Assembly: GCF_006345805.1 (NCBI RefSeq)
Contig: NC_043001.1
Coordinates: 39,494,001 to 39,558,000, forward strand
From: Octopus sinensis
Lineage: Eukaryota
DNA length: 64,000 nt
Reading direction: 5' to 3'
Part shown: positions 52,860 to 64,000 of the stretch, piece after piece
Layout: the number at the start of each line of letters is the position of its first letter
How positions within the stretch are numbered: the stretch's first letter is position 1
Position numbers and translations under genes: made by a program
The notes under the pieces: model-generated
The model's input: only the letters and a program-made list of their open reading frames with translations
Told to the model about the DNA's origin: nothing
Database searches by the model: none

Positions 52860-55490
52860 ATCATCATCATCATCCACTTAACGTCCGCTTTCCATGCTAG
52901 CATGGGTTGGACGATTTGACAGAGGTCTGGGGAACCAGATGGCTGCACCAGGCTCCAATCTGATCTGCAGAGTTTCTACAGCTGGATGCCCTTCCTAATG
53001 CCAACAACTCCAAGAGTGTACTGGGTGCTTTTATGTGCCATCAGTACGAGGGCACTCAGATGGTACTGGCAACGGCCATGCTCAAATGGTGCTTTTGTGC
53101 CACCTGCACAGGAGCCAGTCCAGCGGCACTGGCAATGACCTCACTTGAATGATTTTTCACAAGCCTCCAGCACAAGTGCCAGTAAGCGATGCAGGTAATG
53201 ATCACGCTCGAATGGTGCTTTTACATGCCACCGGCACAGAAGCTAGTTTGTTGCTCTGGCTTGGATGATACTCTTAGCACTCCACTAGCACGGATACCAG
53301 TCATAGAATGATTTTCATTGCGATTTCGATTTCACTTGCCTCAACAGGTCTTCGCAAGCAGAGTTTAGGTCTAATGAAGGAAAGGTACGCATTATAAGTG
53401 GACTGGTTACACCCCTGGCATACGTCATGAAGTTATGGTCTCACTTGGCTTGCCATGTCTTCTCAAGTACAGCATATTTTCAAAGGTTCCGGTCACTAGT
53501 CATTGCCTCGGTGAGGTCCAATGTTTGAAGGTTATGTTTCACCACCTCATCCCAGGTCTCTTGGGTCTACTGCTTCCACAGGTTCCCTCAACCGCAACGG
53601 TGTGTGGCACTTTTTCACACAGCTATCCACATCCATTCTTGCCACTGGCCATACCAGCACAGTTGTCTTTCTTGCACACACATCTGATGCTTCTTAGGTC
53701 CAACTTTTCTCTCAAGGTACTTACACTCTGTCAAATATGCACACTAACATTACACATCCATCAGAGCATACTGGCTTCATTCCTTGCAAGCTTACGCATG
53801 TCCTCAGCAATCACAGCTCATGTTTCACTGCCGTGTAGCTTGGCTGTTCGTACACATGCCATCATACTTTCTACCTTTTACTCTGAGCGAGAGGCCCTTT
53901 GTCACCAGCAGAGGTAAGAGCTCTCTGAACTTTGCCCAAGCTATTCTTATTCTAGCAGCTACACTCTCAGTGCACCCTCCCCCCCGCTACTGACTTGGTC
54001 ACCTAGATAATGGAAGCTATCAACTACTTCTAGTTTTTCTCCCTGAAATGTGGTGGAAGTTGTTCTCCGCACATTTCAGTGTTTATTGCTCTGAGCATCT
54101 GCCACATACAAAAAACTATCTTCCCAGTTGGCCTTCCTTTGATTTGCTGCCACCTCTTATGTGTCCGTAACTTACACAGGGTACATCTTATGGGGTTTCT
54201 ACCTAGGCCTTTTCTACAGATCGAGCAGGGCCAACTACCTGAAGGGATTGTGGTTTGCCTGACTTCCCTGCTTATTAGGACTTTGGTTTTAGCTAGTTTG
54301 GTTCTAAGGCCCTTTGATTCTAATCCTTGTTTCCACACCTGAAACTTCTCCTCTAGTTCTGATAGTGACTCAGCAATTAGAGCAAGGGTCATCAGCATAG
54401 AGGAGCTCCCAGGAGCATCCTGTCTTGAATTCCTGTTATTGGCTGGAGGACTATGATAAATAGGAGGGGGCTGAGGACTGAACCTTGGTGGATCCCTACC
54501 ACTACCTAGAATTATTTTTCACTGTAGTCGTTTGCCAACCTGTGCATAGCTTGCACAGTTCTTACTAACCATTCATATATCCCTAGTTTCATCATTGACC
54601 ATCAGATAAGGGATCCAGGGACCCTGTCAAAGGCTTTCTCCATGTCAATGAAAGCCAGGTACAGAGGTTTATCTTTGGCTAGTTATTTCTCCTGCAGCTG
54701 TCTAACCAGAAATATAGCATCAGTGGTGCTTTTCCCTGGCACGAACCCAAACTGCATCTCATCTAAACTGACTCTCTCCCTAATTAGTTGGGCTATGACC
54801 TTCTCTGTGACCTTCATTACCTGATCTACAAGTTGATACCTCTGTAATTATTTGTATCTAAAGCATCACCTTTACCTTGTAGAAGTTGACTATTATGCTG
54901 CTATACCAGTCGTTGGGTGTGACTCCTTCGTGTATCACCTGGTTAACTATATGGGTGACTAGGCAATAGTCAACACTGCCAGATATTTTGAGCATTTCTA
55001 CAGTGATTCCTGATGGGGCTTTTCCCTGTCTTCATACTCTTAATTGCTTTATCTACCAAGGTACTGCCAACTCGGAGAGCAGGTTCCTCTGTTGGGTTGA
55101 CATTCAGTAGACTCTCTTTCTCCCATTCATTTTTTTTATTGAGCTACCTTTCACAGTGGTATCTCCAAACCTCTCTCTTTGCAGCCTCGTTTAGTGCAAG
55201 TGAACCATCATCCATGCGAACACATTTCTCTCCTACAACATCATGATTCTCTCTCATACACTGTCTTGCAACACGAAATACCTCAAGTCTTGGTTCTCAC
55301 GGCACAGAACATTGGTAAATTTTTCCTATCTGCTTCCCCTCTGGCTAAATAAACTGTCTCCTTGCTTCCCTTCGGGCAGTCTGATACAATTCTCTGCTGC
55401 CACAGTTCTTCCAGTCCTTCCATGCCTGTTTCTTTTCTCTAATAGCCTTGTCAACAACATTGTTCCACCACCACATTATTTTGGTTGAGA
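52860..55490 (-). mobile_element. RTE LINE (RT region + subrepeat 3' UTR), decayed, with a short insertion near 54400-54530
   Basis: YLAFIDMEKAFDRVP, MLMTLALIA (YADD frame-shifted), WAKFRELLPLL; 3' UTR 52860-53440. Confidence 0.88.
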
Positions 55491-55799
55491 GGGGACTTTG
55501 CACAATCACAGATCTGGTCAGTGTCCCTCAACAGGTTTTCTGTACTCAAATATGATATTATATTGATATTTAAACATGATACCATTAAGAGAAGCCATTC
55601 TGTTACTTTCTTTTCAGTGGTGTCCATAAGTAGGAATGGTTATGGGTACTCAAAACAGTAGCTGATCAAAGTGTGAAAGATTCACCATTGCAAAACTGTT
55701 CTATACATTGAGTTTCATGTCTAGTGATCTCAAAACTAGTTTTATCAGTATGTTTCTTTATTTGTATAATAGAACTTCCAAAAGTTTTGCTAACTTTAC

Positions 55800-55822
55800 C
55801 AGGACTGATTCCAGACCCAGAG
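55800..55822 (-). CDS. Candidate 23-nt micro-exon; with the 4-nt exon it restores phase 1 ((D)CSGSGISP)
   Basis: TAATTTCCTAG|CTCTGGGTCTGGAATCAGTCCTG|GTAAAG. The donor flank resembles that of Y2. It needs a 46-nt intron. Confidence 0.35.
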
Positions 55823-55868
55823 CTAGGAAATTAATATAATTTTAGTAATGGATTGCCTATATACTTAC

Positions 55869-55872
55869 CAAT
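55869..55872 (-). CDS. Candidate 4-nt micro-exon (ATTG) in a third, diverged cassette copy
   Basis: TTTTACATTTTTAAAG|ATTG|GTAAGTAT. Both flanks are homologous to those of exon Y1. Confidence 0.35.
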
Positions 55873-56200
55873 CTTTAAAAATGTAAAAATAAAAATATAA
55901 AAATATTAGATAAGAGAGAAATAATATGTTAGTAGGGTGTCGATACTACCAGAATAAATGCTAATGAAATAGACTCAAACACATTCACTCATGCACATAC
56001 ACGCAACATTATAGATCAAAGATGCAATAGGCACAGGTCTGGCTGTGTGGTAAGAAGCTTACTTCCCAACCACATAGTCCTAGGTTCAGTCCCACAGCAT
56101 GGCACCTTGGGCAAATGTCATCTACTATATCCTCATAGCCTCGGGCTGACCAAGCCTTCAGAGTGCATTTTGTAGATGGAAACTGAAAGAGGCCCATCTG

Positions 56201-56229
<29 letters not shown>

Positions 56230-56232
<3 letters not shown>

Positions 56233-58620
56233 AGTTTAAGAATTTGTGTTGCAATATTCCTGATGTGAACTATGTGTTGAAACAAATATTTTGTTTTATT
56301 TTGGTCACTTCTTTTTTCGTTTTGAAAATAATTTTTTCGTTTTGCCAATAAACAGCACTATATATTAGTTCTTCACTCATTTATGGCTGTTATTCTAACT
56401 CATGTCCATAGTCCGAATATCTTTAATCACACATCTGAGATCTCGTCAGTGACACTTTCCATTTTCATGCATGCTCTTGCTCCACTTTGTCCATTCTTTC
56501 TTCTCTGATATAGATCCGTATATGTGCATGCATTTGCTTCTGTATGTGTGGTGTGTGTGTACATGTGTATGTGAGTGTGTGTGTGTCAGTGTTCTTAGTA
56601 ACACTATGACCCTGCCATCAGCCCCATCTCTTCCCTCATTGCTGCTGCTGCTGCTGCCCACGACACTAATTTTTGGTACCATTCCTCTATCGCTCTGTAT
56701 TGTGTGATTGTCCATGCTGCTGCAATTGAAGTAGATATTGTGTTGTTACTGTGTGCTGTTGGAATGTTGGCTGTGTTGTTCATATTGTTACAGCCATTGT
56801 GTGAAGTTATTTTTTGTGTTTGTGTGTGTATATGGGCTCACTTCCTATGTTGTTGAATTCATGCCTTTATAGTTTTTTTATCTAGCTCTATTCTTATACC
56901 TATCATAGGTAGTGGATATTTACTTATTGTGTATGTATTACACTGTTGTATCTGTTTTTTTTCTTTCTTCTGTCTTTAGTCGTCATGTTTTGGTGTGGTG
57001 GCAGGTGTTATTGTTCCAATCATGTGTTTCTGTTGAGTCTCAGTCTGTCTATTCTATGTTTCTAGCCTCTGTGATCTGTCTAAGTACCATGTCAGTACTA
57101 TGTGTTGATAATACCTTAACTACTATGCTATTAAGGAAGCTGCTATTTTCTGCTTGAGCATGTTGGTAGAAAACTGACAAACCTTTCTCTTCTTTGAGAA
57201 CTCCCACCAGTGTTCACCTATATGCACTCCTATGCTGCATGTTGTCTCTCCAATGCAAATAACTGTCATGTTTCTGCACCACCCCTCAGTACATCATAAG
57301 CTATACACTATATTCTAACCTTAGTTAACCTGTGGGTTCATCCTAGGGGCAAAAAAGTGCATGGCTAACAACTTTAGCCTTATCTAATGTTTTTCTAAAA
57401 GAGTATGCTAGTTGACTGCCAGAGGTAGCATCATTGAACATGACACTGGTATTTTTGTTGTCATATCATAAGTTGACCTTATGTACCTTTCTTCTGGGTC
57501 CTTTCTGTGCTTCCCATATTTACTCCTGCATTTCCTGTATTTAGTCCTTTGCATCATCACTATGATAGCTTCATACTTAGCTCTGGCTCCTTTGTGTACT
57601 TCTAATCCTGTTCCTTGGGTTTTAACTAGAGAACTGCATGCTGTGGATGAAGCATTGTCTGTATCTTCCAATCCATACGGTTGCACAGATGAGACACATC
57701 CTCATCACTCTCATGAAGTCTGCTATAAGGATATTGCACTGGAGTTGTCCAAAATAGCTGTTCTTGTGGACCAGGCATTTAGAGGCCATGGATTTGGTAT
57801 AATGGTGTGAAGGATCTGGACTTACTGTTCTTAGCAAGAGTCCATGTCCAAAACTGGTAGCCTATAGTTTGGGTACTTGTAGAGTAGTCTATTATTACTT
57901 AATACTCTGGTGGATGGAGTTAGCTATTTGCTGGATGCTCTCCATAGTGTTAGCTTCTAGATCATAACATAGTTTGTAGGGGTGCTTTGGCTATTATCTT
58001 GATATCATCTACATAGCGGGAGTACATAGTTAGTGTTATGGAGTTCTTCGCTAATTTCTCTTTGAGTTTCATATCCCACCATACCATATATAGTCACATC
58101 ACTAGCAATACTGACATTAATAGCTGCAACATCTTTTAGGTGTATATCTCGTCATTAAACTGAATGTGGTTTAGGTACTTGCACCCACTGCATGTGCGAA
58201 CATTCTTGTAATCTGATCAGCATTTTTAGGGTCTGTATAGCTCTGATCCATTGTTCCACCTCTCTCTCTGGGTTTTCTTGGCCATAGAAGTTATAGTAGT
58301 GAGTCAACCTCTTACTGATCTAGTGGGCAGAAACAATTAAGTCATGTTCATGTAAGTAATCATTGTTACATGTCAGTCTCAGGAGGAGGCCCAGTTCTTC
58401 TGTGAACATCACAAAACTCCATGTCACTCTCCTTGATCACCTTCACACATTTCTCCACAGCAAAATCAACATCAATGGATTGGTATAAGGGTACTTCGTC
58501 CATATTGCCTATTATGTATCCCTCAGATTGTAGGCACGGTTTCATTCATTGATCCTGCTGAAGAGGCCCTCTGTGCTGTCACACATATCCAAGGACACTT
58601 TTGATCAGAGGGCATATGAT
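56230..58620 (-). mobile_element. Decayed Penelope-like element, same family as 20100-21420
   Basis: DNA homology of about 57040-57200 to about 20720-20890; HHYTKSMASKCLVHKNS; terminal repeat with hammerhead relic near 56230-56460. Confidence 0.65.
56411..56453 (-). ncRNA. Decayed hammerhead motif, same family, at the 3' end of a minus-strand Penelope-like element
   Basis: Minus strand: GUCA CUGACGA G AUCUC AGAUGU GUGAU UAAA GAUAUUC GGAC. Confidence 0.4.
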
Positions 58621-59462
58621 CATAGAAAGGAAGTAGGTAGTTGTTGGCAACATTGACTCCACAGATCAGTCTCATTGGTGGTCCTGTCACATTGTTGTTA
58701 CATTATGGTCCTTGTAGGATGTCATTATTAGTGGCCTTACAATTAGAAATGATTTGCTTACCAAAATCGAAATATAATAATCTGTCCTTATTGGACTCCT
58801 ACAAATCTATCAATCAAGAGAAATTCCTTGCTTTACATAAAAATGTTTTGAAATTTGCATCTTAATTTTTGACAACTTATCAATGTGAGCAGTTTTCTTT
58901 TTTTTTTTTTTCAAATTGAATTATGCAAAAAATCGTGTATGTACCAGACCTTCAAAAACCAGAGTAATGAACTAAGAATAGCAGTTGCTTCAGAGGCATG
59001 TGATATTCCTAAACTTTCAAAAACAATAAAAATTAAAATAGCAGTTCCATCCTTCTCACTAAACAAAAGGTTAGTTAGCTTTGATAAAATTATCAATTTA
59101 TCAAAATTAGTTTAGATATGTCATTTACATATAATGTTATTTAGGAATCGAGGTAAGTTTTCAAAATTAAATTTGGTTTGTGCTTGGTTGTTATGATTTT
59201 CTGTTTGGTTTTGGTTCCCCACTACCACTTGACAATCAGCGTTGGTTTGTTTACCTCCACAGAAGCTAGTAATAGATACTGTTTGTTTTTGCAATGTTTA
59301 ATTTGATTTTTCTCCCTCCCTTGTCAACACACGTGTTGATAAGTGAGTGGGTAGGGAAGGACGATAACTGATAAGCCAATGATGTGAAAGTAGCTCCTGT
59401 TAGTCTTCTTAACACTGACTGATACTCAAAGAAAGAATGAATCAAGATATTTGCAAACTTAC

Positions 59463-59504
59463 CTCCGGGTTTCTTTGAAATGCTGACATGAGCATCATCC
59501 ATGT
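59463..59504 (-). CDS. 42-nt micro-exon Y2: (D)MDDAHVSISKKPG
   Basis: TTCTTTTTTGAATTTCTTAAAG| ... GGA G|GTAAGT. Phase 1-1, open. Confidence 0.78.
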
Positions 59505-59754
59505 CTTTAAGAAATTCAAAAAAGAATTAAAAACAGCTACAACTAACATTTATATTATGTTAATGTTGTATTGATACTACCATAATAAACACTAATGAGA
59601 TAAAATCAAAAACACTTACACACACATACATGCATATACACATATGTTAACAGACAAAGAGTGAGTGATACATTTCATTATTGTTAGCTTTCTGTTTTTA
59701 TTTAAGATTATTTCTAAGAACATGTTGTGTACTAACAATATTGATTCTACTTAC

Positions 59755-59808
59755 CCAGTTCTTCCATACAAAGATATTCTGGTTCATTAACTTCAGCATG
59801 TTGTTCTT
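59755..59808 (-). CDS. 54-nt micro-exon X2: (E)EQHAEVNEPEYLCMEEL
   Basis: TTTCTCGATGCTGTAG| ... CTG G|GTAAGT. Phase 1-1. PEYLCM is identical to X1 at protein level despite synonymous codon changes. Confidence 0.8.
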
Positions 59809-61144
59809 CTACAGCATCGAGAAATTAAATGAAATATGGGTACATTTATTATTTGGAGAGGATGTTCTAAATATTTTGTAAGTGGCACAGATAGTAGCAT
59901 GTATATATATATATATATATATATTTTATATAGAAACATGAATTTAGAAACAGAAGTTATCTAAATCCAGTAGAAGTTCATGTACAATAGAGGTCCTTTA
60001 TCCTCTCATTCACATATTGTAAAAAGATAAATATTACCTAAGAAATTTATTTGGTATGAACAAAAGGACTAAGGCAATTTTGGTTAATGTGCCATTTCAA
60101 AGTTAGAGTTTAGAAAAAGGGTTCCTCAGTAAAATGGCACTAAAAATTCTATTTCATAAGCAAAGTGCTATTAATTAGGTAAAAGTAGGATTTGATCTCA
60201 GAATGCGCTGACACTAAAGTTGATTATGTCAATATTTGGTAGGGTATTTCCATCACTTCAATATTCAACTGATATTTAAAGGTGACAATGTTATCATTAA
60301 GAGATACCATTAACAAATACCTTCACAGAAATAAAAATTCCTTCTTAAATTACTTTCTTGTTAGGGTAATTCATAAGCAGGAGTGACTTTGAATACTCAA
60401 CAACAACAGTTGATCACATTCCCCATAGCAAATTTCTTCCATACTTTGTGTTTCATGTCTAGGCAAACATCCACAGAATTCGATATTAGTTACATGATTA
60501 TTTGGTTTATTCATATGAATAAAGGTTTAAAAATATATGCTTATGAACTGCAATATTAAGGGTAAAGTTTAACAAAAAGGTAAAATATCAGAGTTAAATA
60601 GGAATGTCTGCAAGAATTGTATTGCATATGCTATGAAATTTTAACATTTTCAAAGTTTTGCAGGTGTAGCTGTGTGGTTCATTTCCACTGTGAAACACCT
60701 TATGCAAGTGTAATAGTGTAATTTACTACAGCCCTGAGCCAATGACAAGAAGCTGAAAGAAAACCATTATATATCAATAAAAAAAGAATATATATACATA
60801 TAGATGAGCATGATCATTGCCAGAGCAGCTCACTGGCTTCCGTGCTGGTGGCATGTAAAAAGCACCATTTGAGTGTGATCATTACCAGTGTCGCCTTACT
60901 GGCACGTGAACAAAATATTTGAGCAAGGTAATTGCCAGTGCCGCTGGACTGGCCTTTGTGCCAGTGGCACATAAAAGCACCCACTACACTCTCACAGTGG
61001 TTGGCGTTAGGAAGTGCATTCAGCTGTAGAAACTCTGCCAGATCAGATTGGAGCCTGGTGCAGCCATCTGGTTTGCCAGTCCTCAGTCAAATCATCCAAC
61101 CCATGCTAGCATGGAAAGCGGATGTTAAACAATGATGATGATGA

Positions 61145-61200
<56 letters not shown>

Positions 61201-61443
61201 GTCTGTCTGTCTGCCATAGCAGTTAGGCAAAAGAAATCAATAGAATAAGTACTTGAGTAGATTTGATGGACTAAACCCTTCAAGACAGTACTTCTGCATG
61301 GCCAAAGTACCATGACTGAAACAAGTAAAAAATAAAAGACATATATAAAGCTTCCTATTGCTCAAAGAAAGAATGAACCAAGGCATTTGCTAACTCTTGC
61401 TCTAATGAATGTAATGTTATTAATGGATTGCTTTTGTACTTAC

Positions 61444-61485
61444 CACCAGAGTTCCTTGAAACATTAACATAAACACTGTCCTTGT
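61444..61485 (-). CDS. 42-nt micro-exon Y1: (D)KDSVYVNVSRNSG
   Basis: T-rich tract TTTTAATTTTTTAAAG| ... GGT G|GTAAGT. Phase 1-1, open, and paralogous to 59463-59504. Confidence 0.8.
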
Positions 61486-61702
61486 CTTTAAAAAATTAAA
61501 AATAGAATTAAATACATGGTTATAAATAAATACTATGTTAATATTGTGCAGATACTACCATAATAAACACACTCACATACAAACACATGCATTGATAGGC
61601 AAAATTTCCAGTGTGATGCATTTCATAATTGTTAGCTTTCTGTCTTTATTCAAGATGATTTCTAAGATCATGCTGTGTACTAACAATATTGACAGTTATT
61701 AC

Positions 61703-61756
61703 CTGGTACTTTCATGCATAAGTATTCAGGATAACTTACTTTAGCATGTTGCTCTT
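61703..61756 (-). CDS. 54-nt micro-exon X1: (E)EQHAKVSYPEYLCMKVP
   Basis: TTTTTGATACTTTAG| ... CCA G|GTAATA. Phase 1-1, open, and paralogous to 59755-59808. Confidence 0.8.
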
Positions 61757-62353
61757 CTAAAGTATCAAAAACAAGGTAACACCAATGTCCTCTCAACAAT
61801 TAGTCAGAGATGATTTTTAAAATGAGAATATCTGAAATAAGCTTGACTGCTCTCACAAATGAGAAAGCTAAAAATGAACCCAACCACTCTCAAAAATTAA
61901 GTAAAAGAAAAACCAGAAAAATAATCCAGAATCCTTGTCTGGTACCAGATTAATCCCAAAATCTACTCAGTTCATGCTAGTCATGAGACCAAACATTCCT
62001 GAATCCATCCAGTAGTTCTTGAGATATCTTGTCCATGGACAAACAAACAAGCAAACAAATGCTACTAAAAACAATACCTCTGCCTTTGCTAAGGCAGAGG
62101 TAATTAGGCATATTCGTTGTTTGATATTGCATAGAAAGAAGTGGAAAAAAAAATTATATATTTTTTTGTATAAACATGCATAGATGCAGCCCTTGATGTG
62201 TGGTAACAATCTTGCTATCTAACCACATGGCTCCAGTTCAGTCCCACTCCATTTTCTTCTATAGCCTCAGTTCAACCAAAACCTCATGTAGCATGAATTA
62301 TTGGCAAATTGTTTCTTCTGTCTTCCTTTTCTCTTGGACTTTCCTCTGTCTCC

Positions 62354-62390
62354 TGTTTCTGAAGAAGAGCTTTGCTTGAAACTTAAAACA
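62354..62390 (+). ncRNA. Minimal hammerhead motif, second family
   Basis: UGUUU CUGAAGA A GAGC UUU GCUU GAAAC UUA^AAACA. The 3' flank is shared with the 34387 copy. Confidence 0.6.
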
Positions 62391-63499
62391 ACCTTTCTTT
62401 CCTTCCCTGAGCGTCTTTTAATACTTTACATGTAACACATCCCCGTGTTGTTGTTTTTCTCTTCTTGTGTTTTCCTTAATTTTTTTGGATTAATTATATA
62501 TATATATAAAGGAGTGTATAAAGATTTATACACAAAGAGAAGTCCCTTGACAGGACTTCTTACATGCTAAAAGAGGCAGTTAAGCCCAAACCATGAAAAA
62601 AAAATTCTAAAGGCATGTTGATAATGGCACTAGAATGAATAGAACCAAAGAAAAAAAATTAGTAGTTAATCTCATACTCAAGCTTCCCTATTAATGAGCA
62701 AATGAATTAATTTGTCATTCGTAGTTCATCGGTGGGATCACAAAAAGAATCCATAAGTAAGTCCTCTCAAGGGTCTTCTCTCTGTATAAATTTCCATACA
62801 CTCTTATATATGAAAATGTGTGGTCTTATGACTTTTAGTATGCACGTGCACCACTGGTAATAAATTATTCTAATTTTTTACTCCCTTAACTTACACAGTA
62901 AAATTTTCCTAATTCTGAAACCATATAAGACACAGTTTAAATCTATTATTTGCTGCTGGCTATGTGAATGCACTTGTGCACTTGATCTGAAGTCATAAAG
63001 GATAAAGATGGAGCTCACATGTGTTTTTGGTACATATTAAGCTACATAATTTTGCATTCTTATAGCAATTTCCAGGCATGAGCGTTGGTTGTGTTCACAT
63101 TTCTGGTACATCTTCAGTTGGCTCTGGGCATGGAAATGTTGTTGTTGCTGCTGGTGTTGCTGGAGCTGCCATCAGTGCTGTTATCATTACAAAGCACGTG
63201 TTTGGCAATATCACAGCAGCTGTTGTCATTGTGGTGATCATCTTTGGACATGGCATTGGTGCTGTTGTCGCAAATGATGATGTTGAGAATACTAAGTGTA
63301 GGGCCAGTAGCCCCGCTGGTATTGCTGGTGTCGGCATGGTCATAACCTCCAGCCATAGTGCTGGTGTTGGGTTCGTTCGCATTGGTACTAGTGTTTCTTC
63401 CACTGTTGCTGCTGCTGTTGCTGTTAATGTTTTGAACGAGCTGTTGCTGCTATTACTATGGTTGCTAGGTCTGAGTACCACCATAGCCTCATAAATGAC

Positions 63500-64000
63500 T
63501 CCCTCAGCCTCACATTGTCCCCCTCCTCTGGACAGTCATTGTGCTCCCTGCTAGAGCAACCAACTCCTCCCACATTTTATAGGTATTTGCTAATATACTT
63601 TTCATGTTGGGTGTGCAACTAAAGGAGACCCTTAGGTTGTGCCTATTGAACAAACGTCTATACCTGAGTGTCTGCATGAAGTGTTTGTCTACTAACCTGA
63701 GGAATATTCTTCCCACACAAATCTTGACATTGAATAAGGGAAGTAGAGCAAACCAAACGATGCTCCAGTGGCACTTTCTTTTATTGGTGCTAGAGTCCAG
63801 TATGTAGGTGATGCAGTCCTTAAACTCACTGAATGCCAGTTCCTCATTGTAATATGGGGCTGCAGTGTCGAAACTTTCTTGACTTGAGGATAATTTCGAG
63901 ATCTTGCTAACACCCTTCACTAGGTTCTTGAACACAATAGGGAGTGGGTAGGAAGCTGTGTAGATGTAGGAAAGCCTCTCGTTTGGCATGTGGTAGGGCC
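63500..64000 (-). mobile_element. Penelope-like element fragment (post-RT region)
   Basis: FDTAAPYYNEEL, IVWF, GRIFLRLVDKHF, LFNRHNLRVSFSCTPNMKSIL. Confidence 0.8.

Larger units (their letters stand above)
59400..61800. repeat. Local tandem duplication (period about 1.95-2.0 kb) of the X+Y micro-exon cassette; third partial copy near 55500-56000
   Basis: Shared intronic strings such as gatactacca.aataaa (about 55941, 59573, 61551) and ttgttagctttctgt...tgtgtactaacaatattga (about 59680, 61630). Confidence 0.85.

Noticed and set aside
58911-59096. Hydrophobic minus ORF near the micro-exon cluster (candidate TM exon)
   Set aside because: It lies downstream of the tail exons, and no splice-site pair gives a phase 1-1 exon.
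60030-60045. TTCTTAG|GTAAT (recursive-splice-like AG/GT)
   Set aside because: Expected by chance in AT-rich DNA, in a short intron, and not conserved in the paralogous cassette.
62895-62914. 20-nt AG/GT-bounded segment upstream of micro-exon X1
   Set aside because: Not a multiple of 3. The phase that would join X1 creates TAA, and it has no paralogous copy.
63078-63494. Ala/Thr/Val-rich overlapping ORFs (mucin-like on the minus strand)
   Set aside because: Degenerate (GCT/GTT)n low-complexity DNA is open in many frames, has no splice signals, and a related sequence occurs near 51270.

Overview
AT-rich, microsatellite- and transposon-dense animal genomic DNA. The SINE/RTE/CR1/Penelope repertoire looks like a coleoid cephalopod, probably Octopus (inference from repeat families, not a database hit). 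Host-gene content is all on the minus strand. (1) A multi-exon immunoglobulin-superfamily gene: signal-peptide exon (ATG at 34888) plus five one-domain-per-exon, phase-1 Ig exons (30243-30518, 22553-22864, 17805-18125, 8236-8490, 3875-4183). They splice into an open 509-codon frame that runs off the left edge. (2) Probably a separate upstream gene, seen only as tandemly duplicated 54-nt + 42-nt symmetric micro-exon cassettes (59.4-61.8 kb, with a degenerate third copy at 55.8 kb). They encode an acidic, Tyr-motif peptide (PEYLCM twice, SVYVNV) typical of a receptor cytoplasmic tail and are invisible to the ORF track. Hidden in the repeats are several hammerhead-ribozyme motifs, including one intact core in a 352-bp direct-repeat-flanked, retrozyme-like unit lying sense in an Ig-gene intron. 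The rest is decayed RTE, CR1, L1/Tx1, R4/Dong-like and Penelope-like retroelements, Tc1/mariner copies, MITEs, SINEs, long hairpins, simple repeats and one 100-N gap. Exon boundaries and translations were derived by hand; transposon edges are approximate.
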